From Candidatus Heimdallarchaeota archaeon (GTDB taxonomy: Archaea; Asgardarchaeota; Heimdallarchaeia; Heimdallarchaeales; Kariarchaeaceae), in assembly GCA_030149205.1 (NCBI GenBank), contig JASBSB010000003.1, positions 420,001 to 452,000 on the forward strand: a DNA stretch of 32,000 nucleotides, written 5' to 3'. The notes under the pieces were generated by a model. The model searched no databases. It was not told the DNA's origin and saw only the letters and a list, made by a program, of their open reading frames with translations. Shown piece after piece: positions 8,609 to 18,533 of the stretch; positions within the stretch are counted from its first letter, which is position 1, and each line of letters opens with the position of its first letter. The translations under genes were made by a program, and so were the position numbers.

Positions 8609-9385
8609 TTATTCTGGAAAAAATTTCATCCCACAACCCTTTACAGAACCATATTTACATTTCACGAATGACTCTTTCATTAATTCTTCAAACAATGTCT
8701 TAATTACCTCTTCTAATTGATGTCCTGGTTTACTTGCCCTATGTGAAACATTTTCTGGTTTTTGCATATCATAATATCTTTTTGTTATAAAAGCAACAGT
8801 ATCACTCAATTGAGAGAGATTTCTAAAATGTGACTTTACGAAAATTGGGTCCTCAATTAAATATTTATTATTTTGATAGTAACTACCATCCTCATAAAAG
8901 TTTAGGATATGCCTTCTAATTTTTGAATCAAATTTCCTTTCAACCGAATCAATCATGAGAAGTCCATAATCCATTGGAAGGTTATTTTGATAATTTTTAT
9001 AATTTTCTCGATCTAAATATTTACATAAACGTTCCAAAAGAAGCCGAAAGCTCCATTCATTTATATCTGGTTTCTTGAAACTTTTATATTTTTGAAAAAC
9101 TATAGAAATTAATTCTACGCTATTTTCTATAATTATGTTTACTAAATCAGTTAATATCTTTCCTCTGTCTATGATTTCCTTAGGGCGAAATTCCTTAGAT
9201 CCATTAAAAATATCATAAGCGTGAAATTCTACTTCAGTATTCCCAAAATAATGAATCTTAAGGTTATTAATCTCGGAAGATACCTTATACCAACTATTTT
9301 CCCTAATAATTAGTGCAGATAGGATAAAATCACTTTTTTCCTTGTAATTTGGTTTACCTGACTCATCAATGTAAATAAAATACAT
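8609..9385 (-). CDS. DUF3800 family protein (RNase H-like fold)
   Basis: N-terminal YIDESG, EFH, central IDS and C-terminal SHFRNLSQLSD (QxxD) motif. Own TATA box TTTAAATA 24 nt upstream. Confidence 0.88.
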   Translation of the reverse strand: MYFIYIDESGKPNYKEKSDFILSALIIRENSWYKVSSEINNLKIHYFGNTEVEFHAYDIFNGSKEFRPKEIIDRGKILTDLVNIIIENSVELISIVFQKYKSFKKPDINEWSFRLLLERLCKYLDRENYKNYQNNLPMDYGLLMIDSVERKFDSKIRRHILNFYEDGSYYQNNKYLIEDPIFVKSHFRNLSQLSDTVAFITKRYYDMQKPENVSHRASKPGHQLEEVIKTLFEELMKESFVKCKYGSVKGCGMKFFPE

Positions 9386-9712
9386 CTCTAAGTAAAATTG
9401 GAATATGGATATTTAAAAATATAAATTTTCCTTACAACAATATTTAAGTGAGATTCCAATAAAAATTGTATAGTGTGTTATCGATAACAGAAAATTTAAT
9501 TTGATATCAATTTTGTCCAAATTACCTAAAATCACAATATATATCATATTAAATAATTTAGAGTTAAAATTCCATATGCATATAGCTCGCACTATACGCA
9601 AAGAATGTATGCTTTTATGAAAACACCTGGGTCATTGTCTATGAGATCAGAACACTTGCATAGGATAGAATTACTGAGTAATGTTTAATTTGGTAAAGGG
9701 ACAGGTCGTATA

Positions 9713-10594
9713 CTATTGACTTAGTTTTTTGTATAGTTTTTTTAATGCTTCCTTTGCCTTTGGGCTCAGCTTATCTGGATCAAGATCTTCAATTAGGTTG
9801 TTTGATGCAAGAATCTCAAGAAAGCTATCAAGCCCGACCTCCTGAATAACCTTATCAAGCCCGATCTCCTGAATAACCTTATCAAGCCCGACCTCCTGAA
9901 TAACTCTATCAAGCCCTAATTCAGTGATGACACGGTTGATACCCAGGATGTTAACCGCCTCCTTTATACTTATTGATTCTGGATTTATTGATTTAGCCAA
10001 CTTCAACCATTCCTTATTAAATAACATATAACTCATCGGAATAATAAATCTATCGTTTTCTCGAATTGCCTTTTCCATTACTATTTTACGCTGTTTTTTT
10101 CCTCCGAACAACAGCAGCGAATTTAGTTTGCCCATGTCTTTGACAGACGAAAGTTCAATGATAACCAAATGTAAGGGGATATTAGCTTCATACACTCCTT
10201 GCTCTAGTTTTTTAAATTTTATCTGAAGTGAGTTAAGAACTTTTACAGAGCGTTTTGTTCCTAGAATCAACACACAGCTAACTTCATTTAAGAGGGGGGC
10301 CTTTTCTTTATTACTTTTTCCTCCATAGCCATGGATTCCAGATATATAGCTAAGAGCTTTGCTATATAGCATCAAGAGGTCTCCCTTTGAAAATTTATCT
10401 CGTTCACTTTTGAATTCTCCTATGACTAATTTTTTAGCATACTGAAATGGAGTTTTCTGCAATTTAGAGTTGTTGGGAATTACAAAGTCAATCCTTTGAT
10501 TTGCAGTTGGTGTGTCTGTTTCTGTGATTATAGATAATCCCATATTTCTTAAGAGGTATTGAAGAATATTTTTGAAGTTTCCATCAAATGCCAC
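9713..10594 (-). CDS. PD-(D/E)XK nuclease-fold protein, Rpn-like, with C-terminal 9-aa repeats
   Basis: DGNFK N-terminus, QRIDF..IGEFKS catalytic-type motif and repeated GLDxVIQEV. Confidence 0.6.
   Translation of the reverse strand: MAFDGNFKNILQYLLRNMGLSIITETDTPTANQRIDFVIPNNSKLQKTPFQYAKKLVIGEFKSERDKFSKGDLLMLYSKALSYISGIHGYGGKSNKEKAPLLNEVSCVLILGTKRSVKVLNSLQIKFKKLEQGVYEANIPLHLVIIELSSVKDMGKLNSLLLFGGKKQRKIVMEKAIRENDRFIIPMSYMLFNKEWLKLAKSINPESISIKEAVNILGINRVITELGLDRVIQEVGLDKVIQEIGLDKVIQEVGLDSFLEILASNNLIEDLDPDKLSPKAKEALKKLYKKLSQ
9826..9916. repeat. 27-bp intragenic tandem repeat (3 full units plus a partial unit; more degenerate copies toward about 9960)
   Basis: Units TATCAAGCCCGACCTCCTGAATAACCT start at 9826, 9853 and 9880, with a partial unit at 9907. 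They encode GLD(R/K)VIQE(V/I). Confidence 0.95.
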
Positions 10595-10624
10595 AAATAA
10601 AGATTGTTAAGGGTAATTAAATAC

Positions 10625-12748
10625 TTATGTGCCAAAAAACGAAGATTCTAATAGACCACCGCCCAACTGATAGTGACTTATCCATTCGAAATTTTGTGCG
10701 AGAATTGCAAGATTTTCCTTCGGTTTGTTAATTCCATGAGGGAATCCATTAAACACAAAAAGATGGGTTGGAACACCTTTATCCTTTAAACCCCTGTACA
10801 ACTCTGTTGCGTTCACAGGTGGTACTCGTTTGTCGAATTCTCCGATTTGAATAAGTGCTGGTGTGTTTGCCTGATTAATCTTACTCATCGGTGAAGTTTT
10901 GTTATATATATCCCGATTTTTAAACGGGTTCGAAGAAAGATAATCTCTAGTAAACTCCCTGATGTCTGTTGTAATGTAATAACTGTACCAATCACTGATA
11001 CCAGCACCAACACTGACAGCTCTAAAACGGTTTGAATGGGTTGCTGCCATTGCTGAAATATATCCACCCTGAGACCACCCCACACAACTTACATTGTTCT
11101 CATCAATGATTCCCAGATTATTTAAATGATCAATACAACCTTCAATATCCCATAGATCCCCTATACCTAGGTTATTTACATTTAGTTCAAGAAATTCCTG
11201 ACCTCTGCCTATGCTTCCTCTGTAATTGGGTTCAACAACAATCATCCCTTGTGATACTAATGCAGAGATTGGGTAGTACTTCGTTGCCACTCTGGAAAAA
11301 GGGGACTCATAGGAGACCCAAGAAGGCCCACCATGGACAACAAAAACTAGTGGTAGCTTAGAATTATTAGGGGTGTCATTAAGATTGGCTGGCGAATGAA
11401 GCACCCCTTCAATTTTTGTACCATCTCTACTTTCCCAACTAATTGTTTCAATCGAATGAGATGAGATTTTCTCAATTTCTCCTTTAATACTTGTGATGAT
11501 AGATGTGCTTCCATCCTGAGACCGAAGTACCAGTTGATTGGGCCTCTCTCTGTGCATGCCAAGTATTACCAGATCTCCCTGCTTGTTTCCAGAAATGAAA
11601 GCACCATGAAATTCTTCTGGGAGAATAACTTTTGAGAATACCCCGGAGCTATTCAGTTTTTTGATTTTACCTCGAGTACCCTCAAAACACCCAAAATAGT
11701 CCCCTGACTCTGAGTTGACAAATCCCATAATTGATCTATTCAAACCATTCGAGACAATTTCAAGTTCAGTATTCCCAAAACCTCGATTCTTGACAATACT
11801 TTCGACAGAAGTTTTCACAATGTCCTCGAGAGTATAAAACTTTTGATCTCGAAGTTTTAATCTAAACAACACGAAATTTTCAGAAAAATCAAAATCCATG
11901 ATTGCTGCTCCCGGGGGTGTATCTAATATGTTAGGTTTTGAGCTTACCAACCCAAATTTATTGTCGTTTTTATCTTTGTGATTAGTCTCTGAAGAGTCGT
12001 CAACTGGTTCTCGCTGAAAAGTGTCAATAAACTCTTTCAACTCCTTTTTGGGGTTAACAGACATTGAATAGGATTGTTTTTGTTTCATAAAAACCAAGTC
12101 ACCTTTTGGTGTTCCAGTAAATATAAGCAAATTATTTGCAGGTGAATAAGCTAAATTTGATATAGAGAGTGGATCCTCTAATTTTGCTGTAAGACTCAAT
12201 TTTGGGGTAGGTTTGTTTTTCAGCTCTTTCACTGGGGATTTGTCAGAAAGACTCTTGTATTCAATCAGTTGAGTGACATCAGAATAAAATAGTGTGTCGG
12301 ATGGCCTTTCTTCCTCAACATGAGTGAATTCTCCAAATTTTTCAGTTCTGGATTTTTTATTAAATTTTGTTAGATCACTTGTTTTGTAGAATAAATGGTT
12401 GTTTGAAACCCAAAAACTTTGAATCCCATTTTCTTCATTAGTGAGTTGTACTGGTTCCCCTCGAAGAGCTTGAATGACCCACAACTGATTGTTCTTGTTA
12501 GCATCTGGTTTTAACAGGAGTAAATCGTTAATATCAATCCAGTTAAAATCTATAATATCTCCAGAATGTGTGAGTTTGTAGGTATTACCTGAATTCTTTT
12601 CGTAAAGGTAACAGTCTGAATCATATTTATTATCCTTCCAATTAGCCTCTTCAAGTGTGTAGGCTATCAAACCACCAGTTTCGTTGATCTTATATTTTGA
12701 AATATTAGGTATTTCTATTAGGTTTTTAAACTCTTCAAATTTATCCAT
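10625..12748 (-). CDS. S9 family (prolyl oligopeptidase / acylaminoacyl peptidase) serine peptidase
   Basis: HGGP, PNYRGSIGRG, nucleophile GWSQGG, triad Asp (GEFDKRV) and His (FPHG); N-terminal beta-propeller-like region. Confidence 0.92.
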   Translation of the reverse strand: MDKFEEFKNLIEIPNISKYKINETGGLIAYTLEEANWKDNKYDSDCYLYEKNSGNTYKLTHSGDIIDFNWIDINDLLLLKPDANKNNQLWVIQALRGEPVQLTNEENGIQSFWVSNNHLFYKTSDLTKFNKKSRTEKFGEFTHVEEERPSDTLFYSDVTQLIEYKSLSDKSPVKELKNKPTPKLSLTAKLEDPLSISNLAYSPANNLLIFTGTPKGDLVFMKQKQSYSMSVNPKKELKEFIDTFQREPVDDSSETNHKDKNDNKFGLVSSKPNILDTPPGAAIMDFDFSENFVLFRLKLRDQKFYTLEDIVKTSVESIVKNRGFGNTELEIVSNGLNRSIMGFVNSESGDYFGCFEGTRGKIKKLNSSGVFSKVILPEEFHGAFISGNKQGDLVILGMHRERPNQLVLRSQDGSTSIITSIKGEIEKISSHSIETISWESRDGTKIEGVLHSPANLNDTPNNSKLPLVFVVHGGPSWVSYESPFSRVATKYYPISALVSQGMIVVEPNYRGSIGRGQEFLELNVNNLGIGDLWDIEGCIDHLNNLGIIDENNVSCVGWSQGGYISAMAATHSNRFRAVSVGAGISDWYSYYITTDIREFTRDYLSSNPFKNRDIYNKTSPMSKINQANTPALIQIGEFDKRVPPVNATELYRGLKDKGVPTHLFVFNGFPHGINKPKENLAILAQNFEWISHYQLGGGLLESSFFGT

Positions 12749-12997
12749 TTCATAGTTTTGACCATCACTAAATTATAAATAATTATTGAGGGAGATACAT
12801 TTCGAATTACAAAAATCAATTTCAGTAGGAGGAATAATTAAAACATAACTATCGAACATTTTTATCTCCTTTGTTAAAATTGATTCTGCATCATTCAGAT
12901 GCAATCAGAGTTTTGGAGACCTTACTGCTAATATTTAAAATTTAGATTTCATACCCCTTGTCACAAAGTGTTTATACAAGAATGTTGTATTATTGGT

Positions 12998-13807
12998 ATG
13001 GTAAGTCCTGCTCTGTATCTGGGCCATGGTAGCCCGACTAATGCCCTAGATAAGGGAAAATACAGCAAACAGCTTCTCAGCTTTGGAAAGTCCACTGAGG
13101 TACCCCAAGCCATCATTGCATTATCTGCACATTGGGAAAGGCACATTCCAATGTTCGTTACCAGTGGGTATGACCCAGGAATCATCTATGATTTTTATGG
13201 TTTTCCAGATGTATTATACAATATCAAATATGAGTATAGAGGAGACCCACGACTGGCAAAGCTGGTAGCTCAAGAATTAACAACGAATGGTTTTGAGACC
13301 CACCTTAACTCAACAAGAGGTATTGATCATGGTGTTTGGGTTCCATTGATGAAGATGTATCCGGAGGCGGATGTCCCCATCATTCAACTTTCAATTCCAC
13401 TCCCCAATACACCAAACGAGTTGTTTAAGATAGGTGAGTTACTAAGTAAATTTCGATATGACGATGTGATGCTTGTTGGAAGTGGCAATCTAGTACACAA
13501 TATTCCTCATGCTCTAACTCAGATACAAATGGGGAAAACATCGCTAGATTTTACAAGTAAGAATGAGGAGTGGGCTGTTGAGAGCGACAGATGGATCAAG
13601 GAAAAATTGGAGAGCAGAAAGGTAACAGAACTTCTAGATTCACCTCACAAGCTCCCCCACTATAAAATGGCTGCACCTACCTCTGAGCATTATGACCCCT
13701 TGTATTTTGTTCTAGGGGCAACTAAAGATAATGAAGAGTATAAACAAATATTTGAAGGATTTCAGGCCAGAAGCTTTTCCATGAGATGTTTTGCAACTGA
13801 ATCCTGA
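12998..13807 (+). CDS. ygiD: Extradiol ring-cleavage dioxygenase, YgiD / 4,5-DOPA dioxygenase (LigB) family
   Basis: LGHGSP, SAHW, YDFYGFP, RGIDHGVWVPL, GSGNLVHN and PTSEHYDPL. Start reassigned to ATG 12998, with TTTATA at 12971-12976. Confidence 0.9.
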   Translation: MVSPALYLGHGSPTNALDKGKYSKQLLSFGKSTEVPQAIIALSAHWERHIPMFVTSGYDPGIIYDFYGFPDVLYNIKYEYRGDPRLAKLVAQELTTNGFETHLNSTRGIDHGVWVPLMKMYPEADVPIIQLSIPLPNTPNELFKIGELLSKFRYDDVMLVGSGNLVHNIPHALTQIQMGKTSLDFTSKNEEWAVESDRWIKEKLESRKVTELLDSPHKLPHYKMAAPTSEHYDPLYFVLGATKDNEEYKQIFEGFQARSFSMRCFATES

Positions 13808-13970
13808 TTCCAACTATTTCGTGTTGGTAACAATTTATTTGAGAAAATTATTTTAAGAAAATTTATTCCCCTGAGATGTTGTGGAAATTCATTTGATAAT
13901 TGATTTTAACTAAAAAAATCTTAATAGATACAAAGTCATTTGGATGTGGAATTAGATTTAATTTTTTTCT

Positions 13971-16900
13971 CTAAAATTTAGGTTTCCAAAATTTGAGCCT
14001 CAAAGCAGATAAAACAACTGAAATTGAGCTAAATGCCATAGCTGCGCCTGCAAAAACTGGATTTAACAACAACCCAAAGGGATAAAGAACTCCCGCTGCA
14101 ATAGGAATTCCAATAATGTTGTAAATATACGCCCAAAAGAGATTTTGTTTGATGTTAGATATGGTTCCCTTGGAGAGTTCAATAGCGGTAATTATACCTT
14201 TAAGGTCACCTCCAATTAATACAATATCTGCTGATTCTATGGCCACATCTGTTCCTGTTCCTATAGCTAATCCAACATCTGCTTGGGCTAAGGCAGGTGC
14301 ATCGTTTATTCCGTCACCAACCATACCAGTTACCACTCCATCCTTTTGGAGTTCCATGACAATGTTTGCTTTGTCCCCAGGTAAAACCTCTGCATAATAT
14401 TTTTCTATGCCAACTTGAGATGCAATTGCTTTAGCAGTAAGGTTGTTATCACCAGTGATCATAACTGGAGTCACCCCCATTTTCTTGACCTTTTGAACAA
14501 ACCATACTGCGTTATCCTTAATTGTATCTGTTACTGCAATTATAGCAGCTAAAGTTCCATCATAGGCAATTAGCATTGGAGTTTTTCCCTCTGTTGCCAG
14601 TTTATCCATAGATGACTTAGCTGTGGTGGTTTCGATGTTATTCTCTTTCATCAGTTTTTCATTGCCGATAAGAAGAACCTTACCTTTTATTGTTGAGATT
14701 ACCCCTTTACCTTTTATTGCATCAAAATCTTCAGGGTCAATGATCTCAAGATCTCGTGATTTTGCCTCTTGCACAATTGCCAAAGCCAAAGGATGTTCAG
14801 ATTTATTTTCAACGCTAGCAACAATTTGTAAAAGGTCATTTTCAGAAATGCTCTCAGTTAATAGCTGAAAGTCTGTCACCGAAGGCTTACCAACTGTAAT
14901 TGTCCCAGTTTTATCCAATGCTAGATTTTTCATTCTTTTGGTTACTTCAAGTGATTCAGCCCCTTTAATCAGAATCCCATTTTCTGCACCTTTACCACTT
15001 GCAACCATAATTGAAGTAGGTGTTGCTAGTCCCAATGCACATGGACATGCAATGATAAGCACTCCAATACTGTTTAAAAGAGCAAGCTGAGGATTTCCTA
15101 AAACTGAATACCAGATGACAAAAGTCAGGATGGCAATATCAATAACTATGGGAACAAACCATGAGGTTACCTTATCAACAATTTTTTGGATTGGTGCTTT
15201 TGATGTTTGAGCATCCTGAACCATTTTGACAATTTGTGAAAGGAGTGTATCGTTTCCCAATTTTGTAGCTCTGAATTTGAATGTTCCTGTTTGATTAACA
15301 GTCGCTCCAATGACATCATCGTCAATGGTCTTAGAAACTGGTATGCTTTCTCCAGTCACCATAGATTCGTCAATTGTTGAAATGCCCTCTATAATTATTC
15401 CATCAGTTGGAATCTTCTCTCCAGGTCTAACAATAATAATGTCATTCAAAACTAGGTCTTCAATTCCAATTTCAAGTTCTTCACCATTTCGCTCCACTCT
15501 GGCAGTTTTAGCTTGAAGCTTTAACAATGCCTCAATCGCACTTCCTGTCTCAGCTTTAGCCTTAGCTTCAAAATATCTTCCAAGTAAGATCAAGGCTATG
15601 ACAATGGCTGTCACATCAAAATAATATTCACCTGTTATTCCTAGATTCGGAAAAAACTCCTCTGCTCCTACCACGACAGCAGAATACCAGTATGCAAAGG
15701 TAGTTCCCAGTGACACTAAGCTATCCATGTTTGCAGACCTGTTTTTTAGAGCATACAATCCAGTCACATGAAAGTCTTTACCTGGCCAAAAATAGATTAT
15801 CGATGCAATTATCCAAAAGGAGATTGGATGACCTAATGAATTCGCATACCAAGAGGGATAGGAAAACCCAATTAACTTTTCAAACATATCAATTGCCAAG
15901 GGAATAGAGAGTATTAGGGAAATTGTGGTAATTTTCTTGATATGGTTAAGCTCTTTGGTTCTTATCTCTTCTTCAGTTACTGCACCTTCGCCCGTCGTTG
16001 AAGCAATTGAAAAGCCTGCAGAGTGGACTGCATCTTCCACCGATCCGGGTTGGAGTAGGTCTGGTACATACTTAACACTTAATCTACCCGTATTCATATT
16101 TACTGCTGCTGATTCAACACCTTGTAGATTATTAACAGCTGTTTCTATAGGAACAATACAGGATGGACAGTGAATTCCCTCAATAAAGAAGGTCTCTTCA
16201 GCTGGTGGGATGTTGGGGTCAATTGTTTGGATCGATTTTTCCAATGAGCCATTTTTTGGTTTTACGGTTAATTTTCCTTTTAACATCCCCATTCCACAAG
16301 TCATTTCATAGTCCCCTTCCTCTAATGCAGGGAGCTCCAGTGTTGTAGTTTCATAGGATGGCAACTCTTTTGAGATGTTCAGCCCTGTAAATTTAACAGT
16401 TTTGGAACAACCGCCTTCTTCATCTCTATAAAAATTAAGGACTATGGGGATATTGGGTTCGGCTGTAATAAATGCAGGTTCATAACCTCCTTTTACAAGA
16501 ATATCTATAGATTGTTTATCCCCTTCTATATGAGCTGTTGCAGATTTATCTAGTTTATTTGAGTTTAACATGTCAACATGCCCTTCTAAAGCATGTTTAT
16601 GAGTTTCTGATAAGTGACCTTCATGTCCTTCATCTATTAATTCCTCTTTAGAAACTTCACCTTCCTTGCTTACAACAAGCTTTCCTTTTAACATTCCCAT
16701 CCCACAGGCAAAGTCATAGCTTCCTTCTTCAAGCGGAGGGATATCTATAGTAGTTGAGTCAAAAGAAGGCAAGGATTTAGATATTCCAAGTCCTGAAAAG
16801 ATGACTCTTGAAGAGCAATCGGATGCCTCTTGTCTGTCAAAATTTATTTTTATGGGTACACCTGAAATTAAGTTAATTATTGGGGGATTATATCCTCCTT

Positions 16901-17033
16901 TTACAACTACATCAATCTCTTGAACACCAGATTTTAAAGTGGCTTTTCCCTCTTCTTTTGGTCCAAAAAAGTAATACGTAGCTAACACAATTAGTATAAT
17001 TCCGGTAATTGCAACTATTATTTGATCAATCAT
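13971..17033 (-). CDS. copA: Cu(I)-exporting P1B-type ATPase with N-terminal TM anchor, two cupredoxin-like domains, His-rich linker and HMA domain
   Basis: [30 protein letters not shown] and MAFSS; HMA CPSC; two CGMGM-containing domains. SD AGGTGA at 17043-17038. Confidence 0.95.
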   Translation of the reverse strand: MIDQIIVAITGIILIVLATYYFFGPKEEGKATLKSGVQEIDVVVKGGYNPPIINLISGVPIKINFDRQEASDCSSRVIFSGLGISKSLPSFDSTTIDIPPLEEGSYDFACGMGMLKGKLVVSKEGEVSKEELIDEGHEGHLSETHKHALEGHVDMLNSNKLDKSATAHIEGDKQSIDILVKGGYEPAFITAEPNIPIVLNFYRDEEGGCSKTVKFTGLNISKELPSYETTTLELPALEEGDYEMTCGMGMLKGKLTVKPKNGSLEKSIQTIDPNIPPAEETFFIEGIHCPSCIVPIETAVNNLQGVESAAVNMNTGRLSVKYVPDLLQPGSVEDAVHSAGFSIASTTGEGAVTEEEIRTKELNHIKKITTISLILSIPLAIDMFEKLIGFSYPSWYANSLGHPISFWIIASIIYFWPGKDFHVTGLYALKNRSANMDSLVSLGTTFAYWYSAVVVGAEEFFPNLGITGEYYFDVTAIVIALILLGRYFEAKAKAETGSAIEALLKLQAKTARVERNGEELEIGIEDLVLNDIIIVRPGEKIPTDGIIIEGISTIDESMVTGESIPVSKTIDDDVIGATVNQTGTFKFRATKLGNDTLLSQIVKMVQDAQTSKAPIQKIVDKVTSWFVPIVIDIAILTFVIWYSVLGNPQLALLNSIGVLIIACPCALGLATPTSIMVASGKGAENGILIKGAESLEVTKRMKNLALDKTGTITVGKPSVTDFQLLTESISENDLLQIVASVENKSEHPLALAIVQEAKSRDLEIIDPEDFDAIKGKGVISTIKGKVLLIGNEKLMKENNIETTTAKSSMDKLATEGKTPMLIAYDGTLAAIIAVTDTIKDNAVWFVQKVKKMGVTPVMITGDNNLTAKAIASQVGIEKYYAEVLPGDKANIVMELQKDGVVTGMVGDGINDAPALAQADVGLAIGTGTDVAIESADIVLIGGDLKGIITAIELSKGTISNIKQNLFWAYIYNIIGIPIAAGVLYPFGLLLNPVFAGAAMAFSSISVVLSALRLKFWKPKF

Positions 17034-17064
17034 AATTTCACCTTTGATTTAGATGCAAATAACG

Positions 17065-17084
17065 TATCAATCATTGATATAAAA
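17065..17084 (-). promoter_or_regulatory. copA promoter: TATA box overlapped by an inverted repeat (candidate operator)
   Basis: TTTTATA on the minus strand (17084-17078) overlaps TATCAA-tca-TTGATA (17065-17079). Confidence 0.4.
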
Positions 17085-17163
17085 TCTTTTACGTTCGGAA
17101 TTACTATATTCACTTAAATTTTATAAAGTTTGAAATTTAGTATCGTGGAATTTGAATGAAAAA

Positions 17164-18369
17164 TTAGGGTGTAATAAAATGATAAAACAATATGGGAGAT
17201 CTTAAAATAAGCTTCCACCAAAATTTCTTAAAAGTAATATCTCCATTTACTAGCCTTAACAGGTCTTTGTTCATCGTTTTTGAAGATTTTAAAATTTTTA
17301 TGCAAAAATTGAGGTTCCTTTCTTTACTAAGAAACTCTCTCAACTTGTAAGCGTATCTAAATTCATTTTCAAATGACTTTTCACATTTGGTTTTATAGGT
17401 TCTAGCTGATATCTCAATTGAGGATAAATCCAATTTCGTAATACTATCTGCCAATAGTTTACCACTTCTGAGAGCGTAATATATTCCTTCCCCTACAAGA
17501 GGGTCAGCTAACCCTGCTGCGTCTCCAACTAAAAAAATTCTATCTTTGGATAATTTTCCAAGCTTTTGGTTTGATGGTATCCAATGGCCTTTGATACCCT
17601 TAAAATTTGACTTATCGATTTTGAGATCATTTAACATTTCTATAAAATCGTCTTTCAAATTTAGATTTCGTTCATATAAACCTCCAAGTCCAAGTGTATC
17701 AGTAGTCTTTTTAGGAAATACCCAACCATATCCTGTGTTTGCAAATCCAAGGTATAGTTTTGAAACGTCAGAGCCTCCCTTCGTAAAGCTATCCTTAACA
17801 ACATCAACCTCATAAGCGAGAGCATTGAATCTAAGATTTGAGTTAGCTGTTGTACGTAATCCTATTTGCTTTGATACAAAACTTGGAAAACCATCAGCAG
17901 CCACTATTAAATCTGCCTTCATTCGTTGATTATCAGAAGTTACAAGAGACCCATTTATATGGTCTATCTGTATAACTTTTTTAGAGTCCTCAAATACAAC
18001 TCCGCTATTGACTGCCTTTTGTACCAATAGATGATCAAAGTCAGCTCTGGAAACAAAATACATCAGATCAGGTTTTAAGCTGATATTGGTTATAAGCTGA
18101 TTTTTTATATATAATTCACCAGTTTGCGCTTTGGTTGATATTTCCTCTAGATCCTCCTTAATTCCCCAATCTCTCAAGAGTAACTCTCTTGTCTTTTTCG
18201 AAATTGCTCCACCACATAATTTTTCTCTAGGGAACACACGTTTATCTAATAAAATAACAGAATCAAATTTTTTCTTAAGATAAAAAGCAGCTGCGGCTCC
18301 AGCTGGACCTGCACCTACTACCACAACATCAAAGGTCCTCTCTTTAACTTCTTGAACCGTTAATGACAA
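17164..18369 (-). CDS. Geranylgeranyl reductase family FAD-dependent oxidoreductase
   Basis: VVGAGPAG Rossmann motif, FPREKLCGG, GYGWVFPK and LVGDAAGLADPLVGEGIYYAL. Confidence 0.92.
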   Translation of the reverse strand: MSLTVQEVKERTFDVVVVGAGPAGAAAAFYLKKKFDSVILLDKRVFPREKLCGGAISKKTRELLLRDWGIKEDLEEISTKAQTGELYIKNQLITNISLKPDLMYFVSRADFDHLLVQKAVNSGVVFEDSKKVIQIDHINGSLVTSDNQRMKADLIVAADGFPSFVSKQIGLRTTANSNLRFNALAYEVDVVKDSFTKGGSDVSKLYLGFANTGYGWVFPKKTTDTLGLGGLYERNLNLKDDFIEMLNDLKIDKSNFKGIKGHWIPSNQKLGKLSKDRIFLVGDAAGLADPLVGEGIYYALRSGKLLADSITKLDLSSIEISARTYKTKCEKSFENEFRYAYKLREFLSKERNLNFCIKILKSSKTMNKDLLRLVNGDITFKKFWWKLILRSPILFYHFITP

Positions 18370-18533
18370 CTCTTTTTCCCACCTTTGAATTTTTTTCTAC
18401 TTGAGATTTTTTTAGTTGGTTTATATCCACTTTTCTCCCTTTCCAATAATTTTTTTCTCCCAGCCTCTCTCATTCGGTCAGTCTTGGATAACTTGTCACC
18501 AGAATTTTTTCGAGATGTGTTTGTTTTTGACAT
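18360..18533 (-). CDS. Unannotated 57-aa highly basic protein
   Basis: Manual translation: MSKTNTSRKNSGDKLSKTDRMREAGRKKLLEREKSGYKPTKKISSRKKFKGGKKSCH* (21 K+R). TTTAAATA lies 21 nt upstream. The stop overlaps the start of the reductase gene. Confidence 0.65.
   Translation of the reverse strand: MSKTNTSRKNSGDKLSKTDRMREAGRKKLLEREKSGYKPTKKISSRKKFKGGKKSCH

Noticed and set aside
9386-9712. Small gene or RelE-like remnant (WVIVYEI) in the spacer; tracked ORF 9413..9601
   Set aside because: The WVIVYEI frame is short with no start codon and too little similarity; the tracked ORF looks like AT-rich noise.
9826-9916. CRISPR array
   Set aside because: Units are contiguous with no spacers, the length is a multiple of three, they lie in frame inside a CDS, and no cas genes are present.
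10920-10940. tRNA T-loop-like GGTTCGA
   Set aside because: It is inside the peptidase CDS with no cloverleaf around it.
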